A stretch of 64,000 nucleotides of DNA from Candidatus Cloacimonadales bacterium. Its GTDB lineage: Bacteria > Cloacimonadota > Cloacimonadia > Cloacimonadales > JAIOQZ01. The notes under the pieces were generated by a model. It saw only the letters and a program-made list of their open reading frames with translations. It made no database searches and had not been told where the DNA came from. Numbering within the stretch: position 1 is the stretch's first letter; every line of letters begins with the position of its first letter. Location: the NCBI GenBank assembly GCA_963662655.2, contig CAXXTU010000002.1, positions 2,816,001-2,880,000 of the forward strand. The letters run 5' to 3'. Positions 17,902 to 30,479 of this stretch are shown in pieces. The translations under genes were made by a program, and so were the position numbers.

Positions 17902-20900
17902 CTATTTTTTGGTCCCGAGCGCTTCTTTCACCTGAATGGCGAGGGTGTGAATGGAGAAAGGTTTCTGCAGGAAGTTCGTTTCCTCGTCGAGGATTCCCTG
18001 TTGCGCGATGACGTTCGCCGTGTAGCCGGAGATATAAAGATATTTGAGATCGGGAAAGCGTTTCATGAGCTGTAAAGCCAGATCCCGTCCGTTCATTTCG
18101 GGCATGACGACATCTGTAATCAGCAGGTCGATCGTCCCGGGGTAGTTCTCGATGATCTGCATCGCTTCGATGGGATCCTGTGCCGTGAGAACATCGTATC
18201 CGAGTCGTTCGAGCATGGTTTTTCCCATTTTCAGGATGGCTGGTTCGTCGTCGACAAGCAGAACTTTCTCCGAGTTACCCGCTGGAGGAGCGCTGACGGG
18301 TACCTGCTCCGATACACCGGCAATGCCGTGATGAGCGGTCAGAAAGATATGAAAAGTAGTTCCCTTGCCGGGTTCGCTATAGACCCTTACATGCCCGTGA
18401 TTCTGCATGATGATTCCGTAAACGGTGGCAAGCCCGAGTCCTGTGCCTTCCCCAACATCCTTGGTCGTGAAGAACGGCTCGAAGATTTTCGCTTGAACGG
18501 TCTTGCTCATCCCCCTTCCGGTATCGCTGATGGAGAGGCGCACATATTCCCCCGCCTGGCATCCGCTGAACTGTTTGCAATACACTTCATCGAGTACCAG
18601 ATTGTCCGTCTCGATGGTGATGGTTCCGAATCCGTCGATTGCATCGCGAGCGTTAACGCATAAGTTTGCCAGGATTTGATCCAATTGCGCCGGATCGATT
18701 CGAACAGGGAAGATGTCCTTGCCGGGAATCCACTTCAGATCCATCCCTTCCCCGATCAACCTGCGCAGCATCCGTAGCATTCCTTCAACGGTGTGGTTCA
18801 GATCGAGAACCCTTGGTGCGGCCGTTTGCTTACGGGCGAAAGCGAGCAACTGCCGGGTAAGGTCCGCCGAATGCTCCGCAGCGTGCTGAATCTCCTTGAT
18901 GCTGTCGATCATGTCGGTATTCAGGCCTTCTTCGTCGAGCATCATCTCCGCATGCCCCAGTATCACAAGGAGCATGTTGTTGAAATCATGCGCGATACCG
19001 CCGGCGAGCCTGCCGATGCTCTCCATTTTTTGTGCCTGCATGAACTGGTTTTCGAGCTCGAGCTCGCGTGTTATATCACGCTTCACGGCCACAAAATTCG
19101 TGATGGCCCCTTGCTGATTTCTAACAGGTGAGATGTTTGCTTCTTCGGTGTAAAGGGAGCCATCCTTCTTCTTGTTAACAAAGCGTCCTTTCCAGGTTTC
19201 CCCTCTGAGGATGGTCTGCCATAGATTCCTGTAGAATTCTTGGCTCTGCTTGCCGCTGTTCAGGACTTTCGGGCTTCTTCCGATGGCTTCTTCGCGAGAG
19301 TACCCCGTAATCTTCTCAAAGGCCGGATTGACATATTCGATCACCCCCTGCTGGTTCGTGATGACAACCGTTTCCCCCGCCTGCTCGATTGCCGCAATCA
19401 GTCGCTCGCGCTCCGCTTGAGTCTGCTTCTCCTGCGTTACGTCACGGGCGATCCCGATGAACCTTATTGCCTTGCCATCCGTATCGTAAATCCAGTTACC
19501 CTTGGATGCATGCCACCTGTACGTACCGTCGGATCTAACAATGCGATACTCCACGCTCCGCGTCTTGTCTTCAGCGCTGCGAATATCGTGAAGGAATTGG
19601 TAGCAAGCTGGCATGTCGTCGGGATGAATAATCGATTCAATGGGCTTGCCGACAGCTTTTTCCGCGGAAATACCGACGAAATTTATCCAGTTGGGAGACA
19701 TGTAAGTAAAAACTCCTTCCGGATCAAGTGCGTAAACGATGTCGTTGGCGTTTTCCACAAATGACCGGAAGCGCTCTTCGCTCTTGCGCAGCTCTTCTTC
19801 CGCCAGGGTTTGTTCGGTGATATCCGTTGTGAGGATAACGACTCTTTCAACCTCGCCCTTCTCGTTTTTTATGCCTGAAAAATGCTGGCTCACATATTTC
19901 CGTCTTTTCGTTTTGGATCGTTTTCCTGTGGTGTGGATCACGGGGACATCGTAGGTGCCGCCCTCCGTGAAAACGCGTTTGACTTGAAGCTGGTGTTCTC
20001 CGAGATACTCGTCCCGCTCGTTGAAAAGTAGCTTCTCGCGAGGTGCGAGGTCCCTTGCCAAACGGTCGGGAGAAATCTCCCAAATATCGACCCACGCCTG
20101 GTTGTACAATAGCAACTGGCCATCGGCGGCGCGAACCGAAATCCCGACGGGCGAATTCTCGAGAACAGTATGTGCGAGGCTTTCGCTGTGGCGCAAGGCT
20201 TGTTCGGTTTCTTTCAGGGCGGTTATATCGTAATTCACGCCTGCCATTCTGTAGGGCTTGCCCGTTTCATCGGTGAGAACGATTGCCTTACCCGCAAGGT
20301 GATGAATCGATCCGTCAGGGTGCAGGATGCGGAACTCCAGGTCGAGCTCCTTTTCTCCACTCAAAGCCATTCCAACCTGCTTGTTTGCCCATGCAAGATC
20401 GTCCGGATGAACATATTGCTCCCAGGAGTCATAGTTACTGGCGAAATCCTCTCTCGTGATGCCGTAAAGCTTGAACATGCGATCATCCCAAATGAGATGA
20501 TTGTTGGCGAGATTCAAGTCCCAAACGCCAATCGTGGCGGCTTCGGCGGCAAGCTCGAATCGATCGTTAAGGCGGGAAATGGTTTCAGCGGCCTGTTTTT
20601 CGTCCGTTACATCCCGGATGATTGCGCCGATCCCCGATTTCTCATGCCCCAATCGTATGGGAAACTTTGTGGTCTCGAAAATTCGATAGCCGACATGCTC
20701 GATGGAAATGACTGGTTTACCGGAGAGAAGCGCTCTCTGGTCGGATTCAAGGCATTGCCGGGCTCCCTCCTCGCCCATGATATCGAAGTCTGTTTTCCCG
20801 ATGATCTGTTCTCGCTTCATTCCGAAGAATTCCAGTGTTGCCTCATTCACTACGAGATATTTCAGCTCGTTGTCCTTGATAAAAATCAGGTCTTTATGGG

Positions 20901-22191
20901 TATTGATGAATGATTGATACCGTTCTTCGCTCTCTTGCAACGCCAATTCGGTACGCTTGCGCTCGGTAATGTCCTCAAAAACGGTTACAAACTGATCCGG
21001 GGCAGGGCTGTAGGCGGTTACTGAGAAGTATTCGCCAAGCTCGCGTGAATAATTCTCGAACTGGATGGTCTTACCATTCCTGGCGACTTTTCCATAGGCA
21101 TCTATCAAGTAGGACTCTGTATCCGGCATTACTTCCAATACGGTTTTACCGACTACTTCGTCCGCTTTGAGGTGTGTCATTCTTTCAAATGCGGGGTTCA
21201 CGGCAAGGAAGCGGTAGTCAACCGGCTTGCCATTCTCATCGTATATCATCTCATGAAGAGCGAAGCCGTTCAACATTTGATTGAACAGGGCCGTGTATCT
21301 CTCTTCAGCTTTATGCCTTTCGGTGGTGTCTGTCGTAAAGCCCATGAAGCGATTGTTCGAGAGTCGCACGGCGGCAATTCTCCACCAGCGATGTTCTCCA
21401 TTCTTGTGAACAAACTTGAGCTCCCCATCCGCAAAGCCCGTTGTCTGCACACTTTGAAAATGTTCCAGCGCTTGGACTGCGTTATCTTCGGGAATGAGCT
21501 TGATGAGATTCATGCCAGTAAGTTCTAGCTCCGTATAACCTGTGATTTTGCATGCCGCTTTGTTTACCTGAATATAATTTCCCTTTTCATCAGATATAAA
21601 CACGCCGTGCGGAGCATGATCGAAATAGCTCCTGAGCTTCTCTTCGCTTTCCCGGAGCGCGGCTTCACTCTCTTGACGGCTCGTAATATCGCGAACGAAT
21701 CCAAGAAAATACTCGGGTTTTCCTTGATCGTCAAAGACTCCGTAACTCTGGACTTCAATTGGAAAAATGGAGCCATCTTTGCGTATGTATTCTTTCTCGT
21801 AGATTCCCGAGTATCCATCCTTGAAAAGCTTCTTTTCTCTGATCTCCTCATTCTCCCACGCTTTCCACTTCTCGGGTGTAAATGTATCGATATCGCCAAT
21901 CCGCAGAATTTCGGTCAGGGTATAGCCAAGCATGTCGCAGTACGCCCGATTGGCGTCGAGCACGATTCCGGACGGGTCCACAACGACAACGCCGTCGCGG
22001 GTTTCCATGAAAAAAGCATTGAGGTATGAAATCCGGTTCGCAACTTTATCTTTGGAAAAATGCAGATCCATGTGCTGGATTCGGTTTTCCAGATCCAGCA
22101 GACGCTGCTCGAGTTCTTCGCGAGATAATTTTGAAATACTCTCGGGAGTTAGTGTCTGATGCCCCTTATCTTTCTTCCTGATTTTCATCAA
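17902..22191 (-). CDS. Cytoplasmic multi-PAS hybrid sensor histidine kinase with receiver domain
   Basis: Several PAS/PAC repeats, LAGGIAHDFNN H-box, NARDA, GTGLGL, LLVDDE, TDVVMP. Confidence 0.95.
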   Translation of the reverse strand: MMKIRKKDKGHQTLTPESISKLSREELEQRLLDLENRIQHMDLHFSKDKVANRISYLNAFFMETRDGVVVVDPSGIVLDANRAYCDMLGYTLTEILRIGDIDTFTPEKWKAWENEEIREKKLFKDGYSGIYEKEYIRKDGSIFPIEVQSYGVFDDQGKPEYFLGFVRDITSRQESEAALRESEEKLRSYFDHAPHGVFISDEKGNYIQVNKAACKITGYTELELTGMNLIKLIPEDNAVQALEHFQSVQTTGFADGELKFVHKNGEHRWWRIAAVRLSNNRFMGFTTDTTERHKAEERYTALFNQMLNGFALHEMIYDENGKPVDYRFLAVNPAFERMTHLKADEVVGKTVLEVMPDTESYLIDAYGKVARNGKTIQFENYSRELGEYFSVTAYSPAPDQFVTVFEDITERKRTELALQESEERYQSFINTHKDLIFIKDNELKYLVVNEATLEFFGMKREQIIGKTDFDIMGEEGARQCLESDQRALLSGKPVISIEHVGYRIFETTKFPIRLGHEKSGIGAIIRDVTDEKQAAETISRLNDRFELAAEAATIGVWDLNLANNHLIWDDRMFKLYGITREDFASNYDSWEQYVHPDDLAWANKQVGMALSGEKELDLEFRILHPDGSIHHLAGKAIVLTDETGKPYRMAGVNYDITALKETEQALRHSESLAHTVLENSPVGISVRAADGQLLLYNQAWVDIWEISPDRLARDLAPREKLLFNERDEYLGEHQLQVKRVFTEGGTYDVPVIHTTGKRSKTKRRKYVSQHFSGIKNEKGEVERVVILTTDITEQTLAEEELRKSEERFRSFVENANDIVYALDPEGVFTYMSPNWINFVGISAEKAVGKPIESIIHPDDMPACYQFLHDIRSAEDKTRSVEYRIVRSDGTYRWHASKGNWIYDTDGKAIRFIGIARDVTQEKQTQAERERLIAAIEQAGETVVITNQQGVIEYVNPAFEKITGYSREEAIGRSPKVLNSGKQSQEFYRNLWQTILRGETWKGRFVNKKKDGSLYTEEANISPVRNQQGAITNFVAVKRDITRELELENQFMQAQKMESIGRLAGGIAHDFNNMLLVILGHAEMMLDEEGLNTDMIDSIKEIQHAAEHSADLTRQLLAFARKQTAAPRVLDLNHTVEGMLRMLRRLIGEGMDLKWIPGKDIFPVRIDPAQLDQILANLCVNARDAIDGFGTITIETDNLVLDEVYCKQFSGCQAGEYVRLSISDTGRGMSKTVQAKIFEPFFTTKDVGEGTGLGLATVYGIIMQNHGHVRVYSEPGKGTTFHIFLTAHHGIAGVSEQVPVSAPPAGNSEKVLLVDDEPAILKMGKTMLERLGYDVLTAQDPIEAMQIIENYPGTIDLLITDVVMPEMNGRDLALQLMKRFPDLKYLYISGYTANVIAQQGILDEETNFLQKPFSIHTLAIQVKEALGTKK

Positions 22192-22449
22192 TAAGCGTCC
22201 TCAAAGCTTTTTGTATTATATATATGATACTCGTGATCGAATCTTTATGTCAATAAAATCGTTAACGATGCGGTATTTATAATATTATTTCATAATATCA
22301 TGTCTTGACGAAAATTCCATTCATAATAAAATTCCATTGACGCAGGATGTTATGGCTTATATGAGTTGATCGTTATATTTTTGTTTCGGATAAAGGTGAG
22401 CCGCTTCGGTTTGTCGGATGTCTGAAAATGCATATACGGAATTGGATGA

Positions 22450-24559
<2,110 letters not shown>

Positions 24560-24573
24560 AAAAGGACAAATCT

Positions 24574-25257
24574 ATGGCTGATCGCATAAAGAAAATAACG
24601 CGCAATTATCTCATGCACCCCGAGGGATCCGTTCTTATCGAAACCGGAGACACCAAGGTGATCTGCACTGCGACGGTAGTCGAAGGCGTTCCACCCTTTC
24701 TACGCAATAGCGGAAAGGGATGGGTTACCGCCGAATACGGGATGCTTCCGCGAAGTACTAATACAAGGAATACCCGTCCGGGTCCAACCCGAAACATGAA
24801 TGGCAGGGCTTCCGAGATCCAGCGACTGATCGGCCGCTCACTGCGTGCCGTGGTGGATTTCGAGAAGATGCCCGATTATACCATCCAGATCGATTGCGAC
24901 GTGATTCAGGCCGACGGCGGCACCCGTACGGCATCGATTACAGGTGCATGTGTTGCGATGCGTGATGCATTCCAATGGATGCTCGATAAAGGATTGATCG
25001 TCGAGAATCCCATGCAGGAAATGGTCGCCGCAATCAGCGTTGGCGTAGTCAACGGCGAGAATGTAGTCGATCTATGCTATGACGAGGATTCCAACGCGGA
25101 TGTGGACATGAATGTGGTTATGACCGAATCGGGAAGATTCATCGAGATTCAGGCTACCGGCGAGAAGGATACATTTTCGATCGAACAACATATCCAGCTT
25201 CTCGAACTTGCCGATGAAGGGATTCGCGAACTCATTGTGCTACAGAGAGAGGCGTAA
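24574..25257 (+). CDS. rph: Ribonuclease PH
   Basis: [39 protein letters not shown]. Confidence 0.97.
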   Translation: MADRIKKITRNYLMHPEGSVLIETGDTKVICTATVVEGVPPFLRNSGKGWVTAEYGMLPRSTNTRNTRPGPTRNMNGRASEIQRLIGRSLRAVVDFEKMPDYTIQIDCDVIQADGGTRTASITGACVAMRDAFQWMLDKGLIVENPMQEMVAAISVGVVNGENVVDLCYDEDSNADVDMNVVMTESGRFIEIQATGEKDTFSIEQHIQLLELADEGIRELIVLQREA

Positions 25258-25377
25258 ACAGGTTCGTTCGATCTGACGCGCAGGCGTAGTGTTATGCCCC
25301 TTTTCATTACGTTCGATAGCCTGAAGGGGCATTATATCTACGCTGGAGCGGCACGATCGGGCGAAGATGTCACGCCG
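25251..25377 (-). repeat. Long structured hairpin element, copy A (opposite orientation to B-D)
   Basis: Revcomp reads CGGCGTGACATCTTCGCCCGATC...GATATA...AACAC...GATCGAACGAACCTGTTTACGCC. Confidence 0.85.
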
Positions 25378-25390
25378 GAAGGGGTAATAA

Positions 25391-26284
25391 TCAATGCAAT
25401 CTGCTTCTCTTGATCAGGTAATTCAGTAAATTCTGCTCGAAGGGCGTGTCGGTTGATATGGGATTGTACTCCACGTGATATTCGTGGCATTTCTGCTTGA
25501 GGTAATCGGTAACGCGATTGAATTCCTGTAGATAATCTTTGCGAATCTGCCAGGGGAATACGGTGATCTTTTCTCCGGTTTCCGAATCCACAAACTGCGT
25601 TTCCTTCTTGAAATCGAATTCCATCTCCTGCCTGTCGAGAATATGGAAGAGAATCACTTCGTGTTTCTGATGCTTGAAATGGCGCAATCCTTGAAGAATT
25701 CTGTCGGGATCATCCATAAAATCCGAGATGATGATGATGAGTCCCCGCTTCTTTATGCGTTCGGCGAGGCTGTGCAGAATCTCTACCGTATTGGTTCCAT
25801 TATCGGGACTGGTATCGATCAATTCTTTGAAAAGGATATCGAGGTAGCTTCGCATGGCTCGTGGTGGAACCATGCGATCGATTTTATCGGAGAAGGTCAG
25901 CAGTCCAACGGCGTCTTGTTGGGTTATCATCAGGTAAGCCAGGGCAGATGCAAGCGTACGCGCGTAATCGAGTTTGCTTGTTTTCCCGGAAGAATACCCC
26001 ATAGATTTGCTGCGATCCAGAATGATCCATGATTTAAGATTGGTTTCTTCCTCGTAACGCTTAATGTAATACCGCTCGGTCTTCGCGAATACCTTCCAGT
26101 CGATGTTGCGAATTGTGTCTCCGGGATTGTATTGGCGATGATCGGAGAACTCCACACTGAATCCATGGTAGGGCGACTTGTGCAACCCGATCATAAATCC
26201 TTCCACGATCTGCCTTGCACGGATGTTGAATCGATCAAGCCGGGCGATGATTTCGTCGGGAATAGGACGTGTTTGCTGTGCCAT
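25391..26284 (-). CDS. DUF58 (vWA-like, MoxR-associated) protein
   Basis: GLHKSPYHGFSVEFSDHRQY.PGD, IDWK, LDRSKSM, IISDF. Confidence 0.92.
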   Translation of the reverse strand: MAQQTRPIPDEIIARLDRFNIRARQIVEGFMIGLHKSPYHGFSVEFSDHRQYNPGDTIRNIDWKVFAKTERYYIKRYEEETNLKSWIILDRSKSMGYSSGKTSKLDYARTLASALAYLMITQQDAVGLLTFSDKIDRMVPPRAMRSYLDILFKELIDTSPDNGTNTVEILHSLAERIKKRGLIIIISDFMDDPDRILQGLRHFKHQKHEVILFHILDRQEMEFDFKKETQFVDSETGEKITVFPWQIRKDYLQEFNRVTDYLKQKCHEYHVEYNPISTDTPFEQNLLNYLIKRSRLH

Positions 26285-26377
26285 AGAATATCCTTCTCAC
26301 TTTCTGAATGGATGCTTGCAGAGGGGGGAGTTTTGTCAAGCAGACAAATCATTCAATATGTTTGATTGATTCGCGAA

Positions 26378-26506
26378 CGGCGTGGCATCTTCGCCCGATC
26401 GGCCCCTCTACGGGGATATACCACACCCTTGATAAATAAGTAAACAGATGAAGCAAGGCTGTGAAACACCCCGTAGAGGGGAGGATCGAACGAATCTGCT
26501 CGCGCC
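26378..26506 (+). repeat. Long structured hairpin element, copy B
   Basis: CGGCGTGGCATCTTCGCCCGATC...GGGGATATAC...GAAACACCCC...GATCGAACGAATCTGCTCGCGCC. Confidence 0.9.
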
Positions 26507-26582
26507 TCTGCAGCAATGTGGGGAAAAAACATAAATCGCTGGACAGGTGCATCATCGTAATCGATCCTTCGTTGGAGGAACA

Positions 26583-27470
26583 ATGGTGAGAATCGTTTTA
26601 ATCGCGTGTATCATTTTTGTGCAGACAACGCAGCTGATATGTTTCACGGGAAACAGCGCTGGAGAGCAGCGGAAATACGATCGTTGGAGGGAGCGGATGG
26701 GAATGGAGCCTGATAGCACGATAGATGGCGAGGTCGAGATCATCGAAGGGTTCGAAATCCCACAATTGGACCGGACTCGCACGCTGAGAATTTTTTTACC
26801 GGAAGAGTATCGCGATTCCGAAGAGCGTTATCCGGTGATTTACATGCACGATGGCCAGAATCTTTTCGACGACCGGACGTCATTCGTTGGTGAGTGGCAC
26901 GTAGATGAGGCGATCAATCGTTTTATCCGGCAGGACGACTGGGGTGGAGCAATCGTTGTCGGTATCGATAACGACGGGAAGCGAAGGCTGGATGAGTATT
27001 CTCCCTGGGTGAATCCGAAGCGTGGAGGCGGTGAAGGCGAGGCATACGTCGAGTTCCTCGTGAAAACGCTCAAACCGTGGATCGACAACAAGTATAGAAC
27101 GTTGCCCGATCGCGACAATACAGCGATTGCGGGAAGCTCCATGGGAGGATTGATCTCCCTGTACGCCGGACTGAAGTATCCGGAAGTCTATTCGAAGCTG
27201 GGGGTATTCTCGCCGGCCTTCTGGTTTGCGAAACGAGAACTGATAGATCTGATCAATCGAGCACGGATCGAGGATGATGTCCGAATCTATATGGATGCGG
27301 GAACGCTCGAGAGCCCATCCTATGTGCCGGATGCCAGGGAGATCGCAACGCTTCTCAGAAACAGGGGCGTAAAGAATCTCCTGCTTGTTGTCGATGATGG
27401 CGCTCGCCACAACGAGACAGCATGGTCGAGAAGATTCCCCGAGGCGATTCGGTGGTTGATGGTAGATTGA
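26583..27470 (+). CDS. Exported alpha/beta-hydrolase (putative esterase)
   Basis: YPVIYMHDGQNLF, GSSMGG nucleophile elbow, HNE; GGAGG RBS. Confidence 0.9.
   Translation: MVRIVLIACIIFVQTTQLICFTGNSAGEQRKYDRWRERMGMEPDSTIDGEVEIIEGFEIPQLDRTRTLRIFLPEEYRDSEERYPVIYMHDGQNLFDDRTSFVGEWHVDEAINRFIRQDDWGGAIVVGIDNDGKRRLDEYSPWVNPKRGGGEGEAYVEFLVKTLKPWIDNKYRTLPDRDNTAIAGSSMGGLISLYAGLKYPEVYSKLGVFSPAFWFAKRELIDLINRARIEDDVRIYMDAGTLESPSYVPDAREIATLLRNRGVKNLLLVVDDGARHNETAWSRRFPEAIRWLMVD
26640..26655. promoter_or_regulatory. parS-like site
   Basis: TGTTTCACGGGAAACA, one mismatch to TGTTTCACGTGAAACA. Confidence 0.55.
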
Positions 27471-27637
27471 GAGACAGAAGATTTATTAGGGATACTTACT
27501 GCAAAAAGCATTGTCAGAGAGCAATTAATCAACTGATTCAATAATTTGAATGATAATATTGTTGCTGTAAAATTTTTAGCTTGACTAAGTGAAATAAATA
27601 GTTCTTTGTGTGGCGTATGGTCTATAGGGGGAGGTGT

Positions 27638-30286
27638 ATGCCTTTTATAGCAATGATCAGAGAGGTTCGAATATTTCTGAATGATCCCATAATTGCAGTT
27701 ATTATTGTTCCGTTTGTTGCTGCGATGAGTGTGATGCTTTATAATTATTTCAGGAGCAATCGAAACAGGAAACAACTAATCTACTCCGTTCTCAGTGATG
27801 GAAAGCACGGGAAATTAGAGTCCTATCAACAAACTTCTACAAACCTCCTCAATGCAAGATACGGAATTGTGCCTTTTGAGGGTGCACATGCCCATTTACA
27901 TAGAAAAGAATATAATATGCTTGAGGATTGGATGAAGTCAAGTGCTAAAGTATCTCTATTTGTATTATATGGGCCTGGAGGGATGGGTAAAACTAGATTA
28001 TTGATTAAAATGGTTGAGTACGCGAAATCAATTGGTTGGATTGCTGGATTTCTTCAAGACAAAGATCAATCTGAGATTATTGAGGGTTTCAAACAGCTAA
28101 GCAGAAAAACATTTATTGTTGTAGATTATGCAGCGAGTCATCCATATTTGGGGACACTGTTGGTGAAATTGCTGATGGATCATTATAATGGCAAGTTTCC
28201 ATTAAGAATTATGTTGTTAGAACGAAGAGCCGGATATTGGGTGGAAAGTCTGAAAAAGAAAATCAGTAATATGGACGTGGAGTTATATGGGGTGGAGAGA
28301 ATATCGGAAACTCTGCCAGACAATCATACACGAACAGAGCTGTTTGCTGAAGCACTAAATGCATTTCAAGTCTTTCGCAAGAAAGAGATATCTATGCTCC
28401 ATGCGCCTAAACTATACGATAAAATCTTTAGCAGGGTTCTTTACATCCATATGGCAGCTCTTGCCTCTCTCGATAATCATGAGGCAGAATCTGGTAAATT
28501 CTGGTCAAATGAGAAACTGATTACTGAAATTCTTAAACATGAAAGATCCGCTTGGTTGCATTACAATAAACGAGAGGGTGAGATAAATGAGGATAAGCTT
28601 GAACGTTTTGTGAGGCGTTGCGACAGGGTAATGACCATTGCAACACTAAGAAATGGTGTACTTCTTGATGATGTGAGTGAGAAATTTGGTCTGAATAAAT
28701 CGGAATATGAAGATGTCTTTGATTATTTGGGAAAAATTTACCCTTCCTTGAAAAGCTCGAAGCAACAAATAGAAATATCTCCTTTAGAGCCGGATGTCTT
28801 GGGAGAGTGGTTGGTATATGAATGCTTAGAGAAGGATCCAAAGTTACTTGAACTATCTATGCAAGGAGCAGGGAGGAAACACATAAATCATGCTATAAGA
28901 ATATTGTGCCATTTGATTGAGCTTGAAAAGCAAAAGCCTGTTGTTTGGTTAAAAGAATTCCTGGATCAAAATGTTGAAGAAAGATTTATGGAGGCATTTT
29001 ATGTGCTGCTAAATATTGGAAACTCGTTTATATGCCAGCAAGTAGCCGATACGATGTCAAAACTGATTAATGATCGGTTCACTGAAGATCAGCTGGAAGA
29101 GATGAAAGAAAAAATATCTTCCGAGCATTCATCGTGGTTTCTTTTTAAGAGCGCTATTCTTGAACAAATGGTTTCCTTGTATCCGAGTGCATCCGAGAAT
29201 AAAGTAGTACTGATAAGGCGCGCAAGTATCCTTATGCAGTTGGGTTATTTATATAGCAAGGCAGCACGGTTCAAGGAGGCTATTGGTGTATGGGTTGAAT
29301 GTGACGGCCTGCATAATTTTCTGATGAATGATGATGATGAGTACTTCTCATCGGAACATTTGACTGTATTGAATAATTTAAGTGTAGCGTACTCGAAAAT
29401 AGGAAATGATGAGAAATCACTTACTACGATTATTGATTATGTGATTTTATGCCGTAAGCAATGTAAGACCAAATCTAAGATGTTTAAACTGGATCTTGCT
29501 TTGGGATTGCAAAACCTCTGTAGTGATTATATAGGTCTAATGATATTCGATGCCGCACTGGAAGCAATCGATGAAGCAATTAGTATTAGAGAAGAATTTT
29601 ACTCAAGTGTCAATGGTTTGCATATTTCAGGCTCTGATGGACTTGATGAATTCCGGATTATTAGTGAGAGCCATGGGGATTTCCAAGAACAAATGGAATG
29701 TGTAGGCTATATGATCACCAATTTTGGAAGAGAATACATGGACAAAAATGCACAATTATTGGCTTTGGGCTATAGCTCAAAAAGGGATATTCTGGATAAA
29801 ATGTCACGCAAAGAAGAAGCTCTTGAAGTAGCAAAAAAATCTGTAGAGATTATGAAGAAACTTGTTGCGAAAGATGCTGATACCTATATGGACAGGTATG
29901 CTTCCTGCTTGAATGGTTTGGCTTTGTCATATCTCTCCTTAAAAGACTATAGCAGTGCCATTATTGCCTCATTAGAAGCACTTGGATTCATTAAAAAGGT
30001 ATTTCATATACGCAAAACGGTATATGTTGATAAATATGTCAATATATTGAAGACGCTTGGGATATGTTATTTACAAGCTAATCAAATTGCTGAGTGTGTA
30101 GAATTGATTGAAAAATCAATTAACGAACTCATACCCTTTATTGGAATGAATCCGCAAAATAATGGTCGCTTATTGCGAGAACTTACTGAATTTTATGAAG
30201 GTATTTTGGTTCAATGTGACATAGAGCCAGCCAGTAGGGGGGTTTACAATCAGGCAGTTTTAATCTTAGGCCAATCCAATCTATAA
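27638..30286 (+). CDS. AT-rich P-loop NTPase (STAND-like) with N-terminal TM helix and C-terminal TPRs
   Basis: GPGGMGKTRL Walker A, FIVVDYA Walker B, LEPDVLGE, TPR-like LNNLSVAYS/LNGLALSY; GGAGGT RBS. Confidence 0.75.
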   Translation: MPFIAMIREVRIFLNDPIIAVIIVPFVAAMSVMLYNYFRSNRNRKQLIYSVLSDGKHGKLESYQQTSTNLLNARYGIVPFEGAHAHLHRKEYNMLEDWMKSSAKVSLFVLYGPGGMGKTRLLIKMVEYAKSIGWIAGFLQDKDQSEIIEGFKQLSRKTFIVVDYAASHPYLGTLLVKLLMDHYNGKFPLRIMLLERRAGYWVESLKKKISNMDVELYGVERISETLPDNHTRTELFAEALNAFQVFRKKEISMLHAPKLYDKIFSRVLYIHMAALASLDNHEAESGKFWSNEKLITEILKHERSAWLHYNKREGEINEDKLERFVRRCDRVMTIATLRNGVLLDDVSEKFGLNKSEYEDVFDYLGKIYPSLKSSKQQIEISPLEPDVLGEWLVYECLEKDPKLLELSMQGAGRKHINHAIRILCHLIELEKQKPVVWLKEFLDQNVEERFMEAFYVLLNIGNSFICQQVADTMSKLINDRFTEDQLEEMKEKISSEHSSWFLFKSAILEQMVSLYPSASENKVVLIRRASILMQLGYLYSKAARFKEAIGVWVECDGLHNFLMNDDDEYFSSEHLTVLNNLSVAYSKIGNDEKSLTTIIDYVILCRKQCKTKSKMFKLDLALGLQNLCSDYIGLMIFDAALEAIDEAISIREEFYSSVNGLHISGSDGLDEFRIISESHGDFQEQMECVGYMITNFGREYMDKNAQLLALGYSSKRDILDKMSRKEEALEVAKKSVEIMKKLVAKDADTYMDRYASCLNGLALSYLSLKDYSSAIIASLEALGFIKKVFHIRKTVYVDKYVNILKTLGICYLQANQIAECVELIEKSINELIPFIGMNPQNNGRLLRELTEFYEGILVQCDIEPASRGVYNQAVLILGQSNL

Positions 30287-30319
30287 AAATCTATTCAATA
30301 AAGTAAAAGTCATTTGTGG

Positions 30320-30442
30320 CACAAGGCCATCTGGAACGGCGACGACGAAGGCGGCAAGCGAGTCTCTTCGGGTGTGTATTTGTACCGGCTGGAAACAACT
30401 GGCGACGAAAAGGTACGAAAAATGCTTATGTTAAAAAAATAA
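30320..30442 (+). pseudogene. 3' remnant of a FlgD/T9SS-type CTD gene
   Basis: HKAIWNGDDEGGKRVSSGVYLYRLE...VRKMLMLKK* with no 5' part. Confidence 0.8.
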
Positions 30443-30479
30443 ACGAGTAAAACCTGAAAATCAACCCGAGGAGGTATTC

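Noticed and set aside
26132..26369. Short + strand ORFs ending just before hairpin copy B
   Set aside because: Antisense to the DUF58 5' end with no RBS or motif; probably chance
26460..26468. TGTGAAACA in hairpin copies B and C as parS
   Set aside because: Only a half-site and not kept in copies A and D
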